Shown: one piece after another, positions 45,726-54,943 of the stretch
How the letters are laid out: every line of letters starts with the position of its first letter
How positions within the stretch are numbered: position 1 is the first letter of the stretch
NCBI GenBank assembly: GCA_902795435.1
Contig: CADBLE010000001.1
Location: forward strand, 9,754 to 73,753
DNA from: an uncultured Pseudomonadota bacterium
GTDB taxonomy: Bacteria; Pseudomonadota; Alphaproteobacteria; Rs-D84
DNA: 64,000 nucleotides
Direction: 5' to 3'
Program-made: the position numbers and the translations under genes
Notes under the pieces: model-generated
Told to the model about the DNA's origin: nothing
What the model saw: only the letters and a program-made list of their open reading frames with translations
Database searches by the model: none

Positions 45726-46432
45726 TCCTGTTCGTGTCCACCAAATTGGTTTTGTATGTTAAATAAATTTTTGATTTTTATAGACGCATTGTTAAATATG
45801 CGTTTCATAAAAACACGATTATATATCTTTTTCAATTTTTCATAAGAATCAATTTGTGTGTGTTCTTTTGGTGTTAAAATCGCAGATATTATGTAATCGT
45901 TTGTTCCGTGTTGTGTGGCATCTATTTTGTTTCCAATTTTGCATTCAAAATCTATTTTTGCACGGTTGAAATTTTTTACACCACCCGCTGGATTTAATAA
46001 TTGTAAACCATTTGACATTTTGATAGCCACAATTTGATGACCAGATAATTGGTGATTGTTATTTTCTATTTTTACACATGGAATAATAAATATATCTGAT
46101 AAACCGGTTTCTTGGACATATTTTGCAAACATATCTGCACGTCCAGAACACCCGACAACATAGGATGGAATTTTGTATTGTTCAATTTCATCTGCGTTGA
46201 AAGAAAACATATTCTGATTTGGTTTTATTTTGTGGTTTTCATCATGTAACCATAAATTACGATAATAAAATGCACCACGGCGGTTGTCGGCCCGTGCCAT
46301 TTGTTTATAAGATTCAGGAACAATATCAACAGACGTAAAAAAATCATCTGTTTTACGCAATGCGATATTTATTTTTTCAATGATGTCTTTATCTGTCATG
46401 GCTTTGTGTGTTTTTGGTTGATTCTTGTGCAT
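45722..46432 (-). CDS. Hypothetical protein with Cys/His transglutaminase-like (papain-fold) signature
   Basis: VVGCSGRADMFAKYVQETGL ... SGHQIVAIKMSNGLQLLNP resembles the G-x-C..FA / H.w.e / DP core. The start may be ATG 46399. Confidence 0.45.
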   Translation of the reverse strand: MHKNQPKTHKAMTDKDIIEKINIALRKTDDFFTSVDIVPESYKQMARADNRRGAFYYRNLWLHDENHKIKPNQNMFSFNADEIEQYKIPSYVVGCSGRADMFAKYVQETGLSDIFIIPCVKIENNNHQLSGHQIVAIKMSNGLQLLNPAGGVKNFNRAKIDFECKIGNKIDATQHGTNDYIISAILTPKEHTQIDSYEKLKKIYNRVFMKRIFNNASIKIKNLFNIQNQFGGHEQD

Positions 46433-47141
46433 CCAGCATTTGTTGTATTTTTATACGCAAATCTTTGCGGTTTTGATTTGCGTTTAATTCAAGAGGGTTT
46501 TCTTTGTATAAATCTCTGTCGCGTTTTGGGTTAACATAAAACATTTGCGCTTCTTCATTAACCGTTGGATCAAGAATAGATATGTTTTGAATATACATAT
46601 CAACCACATGAGTCATTTCGTGTTTCAAATCCATCAAGAAAAACAAAGGTGTGTTTTGATAAAAAGCATCTGATGTATTTATATATAATTCATTGGTTCT
46701 GGTTAAACCCATCATGGCGCCTGGGACATCTCTGTTTATTATGGTAAGATTTGGAATACATGATACAACATCTTCACGAAATGCTTTGTCTGCAATATCG
46801 CTAGTTTTCACATAATCACTGCCATCACGGTTATGCAGGGCAACTTTGTCATTCAAGATATCAAATTTAATGTTTTGCAAGAATGCCTTTACAATTTTAT
46901 CTGTGATAGATACTTTTTCATCAGGTGTTTTTTTATCCCAATTTATAAATGAACCAAATACGGTTTTATCATTACATGCGTCTAAAAATCTTTGTGTTAA
47001 ATAGTTGGCAAATTTTTCTGCTTTTTCTTTGTCTAATTGACCACGAAAAACTTCGTTTTTCGCACGAACATATTTTTCCCATTTTTCTGTTGTTTCCATT
47101 GCATCAAATATTTCTGTGAGCTTTTTGTTTTCGTTAGTCAT
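46389..47141 (-). CDS. Hypothetical HExxH (zincin-like) protein
   Basis: LKHEMTHVVDMY contains HEMTH, with downstream Glu candidates (NEEAQ, ENPLE). No signal peptide. Confidence 0.5.
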   Translation of the reverse strand: MTNENKKLTEIFDAMETTEKWEKYVRAKNEVFRGQLDKEKAEKFANYLTQRFLDACNDKTVFGSFINWDKKTPDEKVSITDKIVKAFLQNIKFDILNDKVALHNRDGSDYVKTSDIADKAFREDVVSCIPNLTIINRDVPGAMMGLTRTNELYINTSDAFYQNTPLFFLMDLKHEMTHVVDMYIQNISILDPTVNEEAQMFYVNPKRDRDLYKENPLELNANQNRKDLRIKIQQMLDAQESTKNTQSHDR

Positions 47142-47154
47142 AATAACCCCTTTC

Positions 47155-47742
47155 TTATGCAGCCTGTTTCGCAGAACCTTTGATTAATTCAAGATTTTGT
47201 TGATAGAAAGCAAGCGAACTGTCCATCGTCTTTTTTAATGTTTCAGCCAAATTTAATGCCATTGTGTGTTTTATTTTTGCAAATACTAATCTTTCTGTCA
47301 GTGTTTTTATGGTTGCTTCTATATCTGGTGCAGGATTTTTAGAATATTGTAATCTTGCCGCTGCCAATTTTGCTTCTATTGTTGTTACTGATTTAAAAGC
47401 AGGAATAGTTTCATTATCTAATTGTTTACGCCATGCCTGTTTGTCGTTCAAATATTGTTGCCATAATTTGTCCAGATAATTATTTAAATTAGAATCTTCA
47501 AATTTTGTTTCATCTTTTACTGGTTCTGCTGGTTTTTGAACATTTTTATTTTGTTCCAAGAAATGTTTTTGGAAAACCATATTTGCTGCATTTACAGATT
47601 GCATCATATCTTTCGCATTTTCATCGTCTGGGTGCAGGTCAGGGTGATACAATTTTGTCATTTTCTTATATGCAGTATGAACCTGTTCTTTTGTAGCGTT
47701 TGGTTCAATGTTTAATATTTTGGCAGCTTCTGTTAAATTCAT
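47155..47742 (-). CDS. J-domain protein (195 aa, non-DnaJ/CbpA/DjlA architecture)
   Basis: N-terminal AAKILNIEPNATKEQVHTAYKKMTKLYHPDLHPDD with an HPD tripeptide. The remainder is helical with no known domain. Confidence 0.75.
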   Translation of the reverse strand: MNLTEAAKILNIEPNATKEQVHTAYKKMTKLYHPDLHPDDENAKDMMQSVNAANMVFQKHFLEQNKNVQKPAEPVKDETKFEDSNLNNYLDKLWQQYLNDKQAWRKQLDNETIPAFKSVTTIEAKLAAARLQYSKNPAPDIEATIKTLTERLVFAKIKHTMALNLAETLKKTMDSSLAFYQQNLELIKGSAKQAA

Positions 47743-47782
47743 GTTTTAAATCCTTTTACAGATATATTATACCATATTTTGA

Positions 47783-48082
47783 TTAATTTTTGTTTGATTT
47801 TTTAATAGGTTTGTGGTTTTGATAATACAAAGTCAAAACAAACACAATTATTACCAATGATAAACTTAAAATAGAAACAGATATAATTCCGATTTCTGGT
47901 GTTTCCAATAAAACATAAATCAGATAGCATACATCTGAAACAACCCATGATGCCCACGAAGCCAAACTTAAATCATCTGCGGATTTTGTTTTGATGATTT
48001 TAACAATTTGTGGAACATAAGAAACAAATTCCATAACCGTATAAACTGATAAGAAACATAACGCAATCAAAGTTTTCGTCAT
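47783..48082 (-). CDS. SemiSWEET / PQ-loop small transporter
   Basis: 99 aa, three TM helices, and PQ motif YVPQIVKIIKTKSADDLSL. Confidence 0.6.
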   Translation of the reverse strand: MTKTLIALCFLSVYTVMEFVSYVPQIVKIIKTKSADDLSLASWASWVVSDVCYLIYVLLETPEIGIISVSILSLSLVIIVFVLTLYYQNHKPIKKSNKN

Positions 48083-48148
48083 AATAAATCCTTTTAAGGA
48101 ATTATATCATAAATATATGTAAATAAAAACACCAGTTTGGGTGTTTTT

Positions 48149-48832
48149 TTATTCGTATTTAGCCAATAAATCTTTCCATTTTTGTGGGGCGTTTATTTCA
48201 TCAAAATATGTTCTAAGAAAATTTACAACTGTTTGATGTCTTTTATTTATACATTTTTTTCCAGGTTCTGTTAAACACACATCGCGCAATTTTAATATTT
48301 TTTCAAAAAAATGATTTACAGTTGGTGTGTAAACGCGTTGTTTATATGTTTCTGCATCTAATGATTCACGTGGAAAACAATCTGGGTCGAAAAATGGTTC
48401 GTGAATTGACCCCGAACGATATTCTATTGCACGAATCAAACCAATTAAACCAGACGCATCACACATATCTGCATCAGATACAATTGCGCCTTCTATGCCG
48501 TATGCTTGGATTCCTTTTAATCTTTTGCTGTATCCGATGGTTTTTACAATATTGATACAATTTTCACAAAAATCGTTATCAAAACCAGACCCCGCCAATA
48601 TACGTCGTGTATTGGTCAGCAAACGTTCTGATTCAGTACCAAATAATTTGTAATCATCACAATCATGTAATAATGCAGCGGCTGCAACCAAATCACGATT
48701 TGCATTTGGAATTTCATCACAGAAAGACATGGCGTTATCATAGACACGAAATACATGTTTATCGTCATGACCAACAGAATTGTTGCCCAATAATTCAGAA
48801 ACTGCATTTTTAATGTATTCTATGTTCGCCAT
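48149..48832 (-). CDS. HD-domain phosphohydrolase
   Basis: HDDKHVFRV and AALLHDCDD motifs. Confidence 0.7.
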   Translation of the reverse strand: MANIEYIKNAVSELLGNNSVGHDDKHVFRVYDNAMSFCDEIPNANRDLVAAAALLHDCDDYKLFGTESERLLTNTRRILAGSGFDNDFCENCINIVKTIGYSKRLKGIQAYGIEGAIVSDADMCDASGLIGLIRAIEYRSGSIHEPFFDPDCFPRESLDAETYKQRVYTPTVNHFFEKILKLRDVCLTEPGKKCINKRHQTVVNFLRTYFDEINAPQKWKDLLAKYE

Positions 48833-48851
48833 TGTCTTTCTAATTTTTTTA

Positions 48852-50009
48852 TTACAGTGATGATTTAATTATTTCCAATGCTTTCTTTAATGTATCAAAA
48901 GGAATGTTTAACGCAGGCAACAAACGAACTTTGTCTTTTGCAGTTAAACATAAAACACCTTTTTCAATACATTCTTTGACAACATCTGCTGCTTTTTTGT
49001 TTGCAGGTTTTATTCCAACCATTAAACCAATGCCGGATATTTCTGCAACATTAGAATCGCCATTAAAGAATTCTTTGATGAAATCACCTTTCTCTTTAAC
49101 AGATGCTAATAATTCATCATCTATTCTTTCAACGATAGAAACCGCACCAGATGCAACAACTGGATTTCCACCAAATGTAGAACCATGGTCGCCAAATGCA
49201 AATACATCTTTCACTTTTTCGCCCAATAAAGTTGCACCCATTGGCAAACCGCCCGCCAGACCTTTTGCTGTGCTGACAACATCAGGTTTAATTCCATAAT
49301 TCATATATGAATAAAATTTACCAGTTCTGCCGTTTCCAGTTTGCACTTCATCTATGATTAACAGAATATCGTTTTGCGCACAATATTCTGCAACAGATTT
49401 AACATAATCTTGTGGAACAACATTTACACCGCCTTCGCCCTGGATACATTCAATCATAATCGCAGCGGTTGTTTTTGCATCAACTGATTTTAATTCATCT
49501 AAATCGCCAATGTGAATATGTTTGAATCCTGGTGTCAATGGTTGAAACAATTCATGATAGTGGTCTTGACCTGTGGCGGCCAAAGTTGTCAATGTGCGAC
49601 CATGAAAACTGTTCCAAAGAGTGACAATGTTATAACAATCTTTGCCTTTCTTTTCTGCGGCATATTTACGTGCAATTTTGATAGCACATTCGTTTGCTTC
49701 TGCCCCAGAATTAGAAAAGAATACTTTTGACATACCTGTTTTTTCTATCAACAAAGAAGCCAATTTTGTGCAAGGTTCTGTATAATATAAATTTGATGTG
49801 TGTTGTACCAAACCTATTTGTTTTGTGATTGCATTTTTCCAAATTTCATCACAGAAACCGAAACTGGTTACACCAATTCCAGAACCCATATCAATATATT
49901 CTTTGCCATTTTCATCTATCGCAATTGAACCGTGTCCTGAAACGATAGTCACAGGAAATCTGTTATAAGTAGATGCGATAAATTGTTTATCCGTTTCTTG
50001 AATATTCAT
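48852..50009 (-). CDS. argD: Acetylornithine aminotransferase
   Basis: Class III aminotransferase with SGAEANE, DEVQTGNGRTG, and PLP-Lys in STAKGLAGG. Lies in the arg operon. Confidence 0.88.
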   Translation of the reverse strand: MNIQETDKQFIASTYNRFPVTIVSGHGSIAIDENGKEYIDMGSGIGVTSFGFCDEIWKNAITKQIGLVQHTSNLYYTEPCTKLASLLIEKTGMSKVFFSNSGAEANECAIKIARKYAAEKKGKDCYNIVTLWNSFHGRTLTTLAATGQDHYHELFQPLTPGFKHIHIGDLDELKSVDAKTTAAIMIECIQGEGGVNVVPQDYVKSVAEYCAQNDILLIIDEVQTGNGRTGKFYSYMNYGIKPDVVSTAKGLAGGLPMGATLLGEKVKDVFAFGDHGSTFGGNPVVASGAVSIVERIDDELLASVKEKGDFIKEFFNGDSNVAEISGIGLMVGIKPANKKAADVVKECIEKGVLCLTAKDKVRLLPALNIPFDTLKKALEIIKSSL

Positions 50010-50012
50010 TGT

Positions 50013-50879
50013 TTAATCCTTTGTAATCATGGTTCCTGCACCTTCATCAGTCAGCAATTCCATCAGAATTGAATGAGGTACACGACCGTCCATAATAATT
50101 ACATTTTGGACGCCTTCATTTATGGCTTTTACTGCACATTCTACCTTTGGTATCATGCCACCAGAAATTATGCCCATATCATGTAATTGTTTTGATTCTT
50201 CCAATGTTATTTTTGGAATCAGTGTTGTTGGGTCATCTTTATCACGCAATATTCCTGCGATATCTGTCATCATGATAAGTTTTTCTGCACCCAACACCCC
50301 TGCGATATGTGCCACCGCAGTATCACCGTTTATGTTATAAACATTGCCTTCGTAATCGGCACCAACGGTTGAAATCACAGGTATATAATTGTTTGCAATT
50401 AAATCAAGAATTGGTTGTGGATTTACATCTGTAATGTTTCCAACGAAACCAAGTTTTTCATCTTTCTTTTTGCACATTAATAAACCACCGTCCATACCAG
50501 ATAAACCGATAGCGTTTCCACCGTTCATTTCAAGCAGATTAACCAAACTTTTGTTTACTTTACCTGCCAAAACCATTTGAACGATATCAACAGTTTCTTT
50601 ATCTGTAACACGACAACCGTCTATGAATTGTGGAACATGTCCCAATCTTTCCATTAAATTGGTAATTTCTGGGCCACCACCATGAACCAAAACAACTTTG
50701 ACCCCAATCAGCCATAACAGAACAATGTCTTCCATGACCTGTTGTTTTAATTCTTCGTTTATCATGGCGTTTCCGCCATATTTAACAACGACGATTTTCC
50801 CAGTATAACGTTTAATATATGGCAGAGCCTGGGTTAAAACTTCGGCTCTGTCTGAATTTGTGAAATCTTTTTTCATCAT
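50013..50879 (-). CDS. argB: Acetylglutamate kinase
   Basis: VVVKYGGNAM, LVHGGGP, NINGDTAA-like motifs. Confidence 0.9.
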   Translation of the reverse strand: MMKKDFTNSDRAEVLTQALPYIKRYTGKIVVVKYGGNAMINEELKQQVMEDIVLLWLIGVKVVLVHGGGPEITNLMERLGHVPQFIDGCRVTDKETVDIVQMVLAGKVNKSLVNLLEMNGGNAIGLSGMDGGLLMCKKKDEKLGFVGNITDVNPQPILDLIANNYIPVISTVGADYEGNVYNINGDTAVAHIAGVLGAEKLIMMTDIAGILRDKDDPTTLIPKITLEESKQLHDMGIISGGMIPKVECAVKAINEGVQNVIIMDGRVPHSILMELLTDEGAGTMITKD

Positions 50880-52090
50880 GTTCTGTAATCCCCGTTTATT
50901 TTTACATAATCGTATGTTAAATCACAACCGTATGCAGTTGCAGATTCGTTTCCTGAATTCAGAGAAACCAAAATTTCAATTTCATCTTCTAATAAAATTT
51001 CTTTTGCAATTTCTTCTGAGAAAGGAACGCCCGCACCATCTTTGCAAACATCAATTGTTCCTTTTGCACTTTTGAATGCGACATCAACCTTTGTTACATC
51101 AACATCCGCACCGCTGTATCCAATTGCGCATAATACACGGCCCCAGTTTGCGTCTGAACCAAACATGGCTGCTTTTACAAGTGATGAACAAATCACACTT
51201 TTTGCAACTGTTCTTGCAATGTCTTTTGTTTTTGCACCAGAAACTTTGCATTCAAGTAATTTTGTTGCACCTTCGCCGTCTTTTGCGATTTTTCTGCAAA
51301 GGTAAACCATCAATTCGTTTAACGCATTTTGGAAAATGTTGTAATCTTCGTTTTCTTTTTCAATTCTTCTGTTTCCGGCAAGACCATTTGCCATGATAGC
51401 AACTGTATCATTTGTTGAAGTATCACCATCAACAGAAATCATATTGAAAGTATCAGCAACTGTGTCACTTAATGCTTTCTGCAAAAGTTTTGAATCAATA
51501 TTGACATCTGATGTGATATAAACAAGCATTGTTGCCATGTTTGGGTGAATCATACCGCTACCTTTTGCGATACCACCAATATGGCAAGGTTTTCCATCTA
51601 TTTCAAATTCAAATGCAATTTCTTTTAATTTAGTATCGGTTGTCATGATACCCAATGCGGCATCTTGACTGCCTTCTTCTGTAAGACCCGCAACCAAATC
51701 AGGAATACCTCTTTTAAATGGTTCTATATCCATAGGTTGTCCGATAACACCTGTGGAACCAACAATTACATTTGATTCATCTATATTAAGTGCATCAGCA
51801 ATAAGTTTGCTTGTTTCTTCTGCAATTTCTATTCCATTTGCATTGCAAGTGTTTGCGTTTCCGCTGTTACAAATTATTGCTTGTGCTTTGCCATCTTTCA
51901 AATGTTCTTTTGTTACAATCAAAGGCGCGCCTTTGACTAAATTGGTTGTAAAAACAGCGGCCGCATCTGCTTGGGTAGAACTGTAAATCAAAGATAAATC
52001 TTTCTTTGTCTTGTTTTTTCTTATTCCACAGTGTACCCCGTACGCTTTGAAACCTTTTGGTGCGCATATGCCCAAATCAACTCTTTTCAT
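50876..52090 (-). CDS. argJ: Bifunctional ornithine acetyltransferase / N-acetylglutamate synthase
   Basis: Autoprocessing site HPNMATMLVY and GMIHP motif. Length 404 aa. Confidence 0.9.
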   Translation of the reverse strand: MKRVDLGICAPKGFKAYGVHCGIRKNKTKKDLSLIYSSTQADAAAVFTTNLVKGAPLIVTKEHLKDGKAQAIICNSGNANTCNANGIEIAEETSKLIADALNIDESNVIVGSTGVIGQPMDIEPFKRGIPDLVAGLTEEGSQDAALGIMTTDTKLKEIAFEFEIDGKPCHIGGIAKGSGMIHPNMATMLVYITSDVNIDSKLLQKALSDTVADTFNMISVDGDTSTNDTVAIMANGLAGNRRIEKENEDYNIFQNALNELMVYLCRKIAKDGEGATKLLECKVSGAKTKDIARTVAKSVICSSLVKAAMFGSDANWGRVLCAIGYSGADVDVTKVDVAFKSAKGTIDVCKDGAGVPFSEEIAKEILLEDEIEILVSLNSGNESATAYGCDLTYDYVKINGDYRT

Positions 52091-52091
52091 G

Positions 52092-53033
52092 TTATTTTTC
52101 TCCTTTGGCTGTTACCAGTCCGGTATCTTTATTTAATCCCAATACAATATTCATATTTTCAATTGCTGAACCAGAAGCACCTTTGCCCAGATTATCAAAT
52201 CTTGAAATCAGTGTTATTCTTTCAGGGTTTCCAAATACAGATACTTCCATATCATCTCTGCCTGCAAAAGCGACAGCAGATATAAAACCATCTTCGTCAT
52301 TATTTTCAGAAAAATGGACAAGTCCATCATCATGATAAAATGATTTATATATTTGTTTAATATCTTCAATGTTTCCTTTTACCATATCAGCAGGTAAAAA
52401 CACAACTGTCGCCATACCTTCAAGATAAGAAGCAACGATTGGTGAAAACAAAGGTTCTTTGTTTAAGCCACAATGTTTTTTCATTTCTGGCAAATGTTTA
52501 TGGTTTTGTGAGAGACCATAAATTCTTGGTGCAGATAACAGAATTGACATATCGTCAGATTCATATTCTGCAATCATTTTTTTGCCACCACCAGAATAAC
52601 CAGTCAACGAATAAGATGTCAACAAAGAGTCGGCAGATATCATTCCGTTTTGTATAAGTGGGGCAACCAAAGATATAAAACCAATCGCATGACATCCAGG
52701 GTTAGCGATTCTTTTAGAATTTCTAATTTTATCTTCTTGATTTGGTAATTCAGGAAAACCATATGTCCAATCATCATTTGTTCTATGAGCAGTAGAAGCA
52801 TCTATGATAACAGTATTTGGATTTTCAACCGTTTTTACTGTTTCTATGCATTCAGCATCAGGCAGACAAAGAAAAGTAACATCAGATTGGTTCAGTGCTT
52901 CTTTTCTAGCATCTGCATTTTTTCTGAGTTCTTCTGGTAAAGTAATAATTTCTAAATCTTCTCTTTTAGACAGTCTGTCTAAGAGTCTTAATCCTACTGT
53001 ACCTTTATTACCATCTATGAATATTTTCTTCAT
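52092..53033 (-). CDS. argC: N-acetyl-gamma-glutamyl-phosphate reductase, short (alphaproteobacterial-type) form
   Basis: KIFIDGNKGTVGL, LCLPD, STAHR, NPGCHA (active Cys). About 313 aa, collinear with the Agrobacterium-type ArgC as I remember it. Confidence 0.88.
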   Translation of the reverse strand: MKKIFIDGNKGTVGLRLLDRLSKREDLEIITLPEELRKNADARKEALNQSDVTFLCLPDAECIETVKTVENPNTVIIDASTAHRTNDDWTYGFPELPNQEDKIRNSKRIANPGCHAIGFISLVAPLIQNGMISADSLLTSYSLTGYSGGGKKMIAEYESDDMSILLSAPRIYGLSQNHKHLPEMKKHCGLNKEPLFSPIVASYLEGMATVVFLPADMVKGNIEDIKQIYKSFYHDDGLVHFSENNDEDGFISAVAFAGRDDMEVSVFGNPERITLISRFDNLGKGASGSAIENMNIVLGLNKDTGLVTAKGEK

Positions 53034-53103
53034 ATTAACCTCTGTTTAAGTTATTATACAGAACCACTTTTTTGATTAAATCGTAGAAAGCGACTCTATT
53101 CAC

Positions 53104-53133
53104 ATTTTAGAGAAAAATGCAAATCCAGGTCAA
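53104..53133 (-). promoter_or_regulatory. Candidate sigma70 promoter for argCJBD
   Basis: On the minus strand: TTGACC, 18-nt spacer, TAAAAT, followed by a partial TGAAT ARG-box-like half site. Confidence 0.4.
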
Positions 53134-53209
53134 GTAAATTGCAACATAAAACAGATGTTTTTTATGGGGTGAAAAATTATAAAAAAATACCCGCATTTTG
53201 CGGGTGTTT

Positions 53210-53884
53210 TTATTTCTTTCTGATTAAAACATGCCAATGATAACTTTCAAAAGTTTTATCATCTTTGGTTATGTATGTTCCAATGTGCTTTGTTTCAATG
53301 ATTTCAAAATCGCAGAATATTTTTAATATCGCATCACGGTCTGCATAAAAATGTGGAACCATGTATTCTGGGCCTGGTTCATCACGCAATTTAGTGTTTT
53401 CATCAACGACAGGCCAATTTTGTTTGAATCCCCATGTTTCTTTTGATGCCAATGTGAAATAACATTCGCCACCAGATTTCAGAACGCGTTTTAATTCGTT
53501 TGCGATTTTATGAACCCCATTTGTATCGGTGTGTGAAATAACATTCATACATAAAATACAATCCATACTGTTGTCTGTAAACGGAATATTTAACATGTCG
53601 CCTTGTTTCAATTCCAGATTGATTCCCAATTCTTTTGCCCATGCGCCGGTGCGTTCAATCGCGTTTTCGCTGATGTCAAAAGCAGACACATCAAAACCGT
53701 TTAATCCAAATAAAATACAATGACGGCCCAAACCGCAACCCAAATCAAGAAAAGTTTTTTTGTTTTGCTGTTTCCAACGGTGCAATAAATAATAAGTTTC
53801 CGGGGCAGGGTTTTTCCAGACGTCTGCAATATTATCTGAAACGATTTTCCAATCCCAACCCTTTGATTCAATAATATCCGCCAT
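53210..53884 (-). CDS. Class I SAM-dependent methyltransferase
   Basis: Start moved to ATG 53884 (MADIIESKGW...). Motif I is LDLGCGLGRH. A hairpin terminator at 53189-53205 follows. Confidence 0.75.
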   Translation of the reverse strand: MADIIESKGWDWKIVSDNIADVWKNPAPETYYLLHRWKQQNKKTFLDLGCGLGRHCILFGLNGFDVSAFDISENAIERTGAWAKELGINLELKQGDMLNIPFTDNSMDCILCMNVISHTDTNGVHKIANELKRVLKSGGECYFTLASKETWGFKQNWPVVDENTKLRDEPGPEYMVPHFYADRDAILKIFCDFEIIETKHIGTYITKDDKTFESYHWHVLIRKK

Positions 53885-54038
53885 TGTTATTCCTTTTGGT
53901 TGCAAGAAAATTATAACATAAATTTGGAAAAATAAATAAAAATCTCTGGGATAATATGTCGCGCACGGATTGTAAAATAATAATATTGAAATGCCTAAAA
54001 AATATTTGTATGATTGTTTTCGTAAAAGAGGTGTTGCT

Positions 54039-54557
54039 ATGTGGTTTGTAGTTTTTTTATGTGCTATTATACTGTATTTTGTTTTCACTAAGTCTATCAA
54101 TAATGAATATTCTGCTGAAACAGTAAATGAACCTATGTCGGTTTTAAAGAATGCAGATGTAAAAGATTTAATAAAACAAGCCCAATCTGTATTACAAGAA
54201 TTTTATGCTCTTGTTTTGGCTTCTCCTGCTAATTTGAGAGGAGAGTTAGATGTGGATTTTATAGACGATATTATAACTACTTGTAAAGATAAATTAGAAT
54301 CACCAGAATATAAACAATTTTATGCTGTTGTTGTTGAGAAGTATGGTTCTGTTAAATTACAAATGTATGATTGGCTTGGTGGAATGTTGGCAGCCATGTA
54401 CACAGTAAAAACAGATATAACGAAAAAAGAGATTAAAACATTAAATTGGATGTTAACTATCGTGAATGTAAATTTAAAACATTTGGGTTCAAAAGTGTTT
54501 TTTTCAAAGGAAAAACCGATGGGTACATCTGAGTATCCGAAAATTTTTGAAGATTAA
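54039..54557 (+). CDS. Hypothetical N-terminally anchored protein
   Basis: Start moved to ATG 54039 (MWFVVFLCAIILYFVF..., AGAGGTG RBS). Confidence 0.45.
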   Translation: MWFVVFLCAIILYFVFTKSINNEYSAETVNEPMSVLKNADVKDLIKQAQSVLQEFYALVLASPANLRGELDVDFIDDIITTCKDKLESPEYKQFYAVVVEKYGSVKLQMYDWLGGMLAAMYTVKTDITKKEIKTLNWMLTIVNVNLKHLGSKVFFSKEKPMGTSEYPKIFED

Positions 54558-54587
54558 CATGTTATTATTAATAAAAAGGAGTATAAA

Positions 54588-54788
54588 ATGAAAAAAATAA
54601 TTGCTTTATTGATGTTGGTTTCTTTCGTAGGAATTTCTAATGCAGAAGCCGGTTATTATAGAACCAAGAATTCGTTTACAGGTACTTATCGTTCCACAGG
54701 TCGCACAAACAATATGGGGATGCATAGAGCACCTGCTGGATACCATACAAATTCATGGGGACAGGTTCAAAAAAATAGTATTTGGTAA
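54588..54788 (+). CDS. Small exported protein (66 aa)
   Basis: AAGGAG RBS, signal peptide MKKIIALLMLVSFVGISNA, and a terminator follows. Confidence 0.5.
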   Translation: MKKIIALLMLVSFVGISNAEAGYYRTKNSFTGTYRSTGRTNNMGMHRAPAGYHTNSWGQVQKNSIW

Positions 54789-54808
54789 AATTATTTTTTT
54801 AGCATAAA

Positions 54809-54837
54809 ACACTCGTGTTCAAACGGGTGTTTTTTTT
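54809..54837 (+). terminator. Rho-independent terminator
   Basis: ACACTCGT-GTTCAA-ACGGGTGT plus T8. Confidence 0.6.
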
Positions 54838-54943
54838 ATGTTTCGCCCGTACACCCCAACCATTTTGAACGATAATGTCTGGCAGGGCGGCTTATTGTTG
54901 TAAAAATAATCTGTTTACTAGTCCGAAAGTAAAAAAGCCTTTC

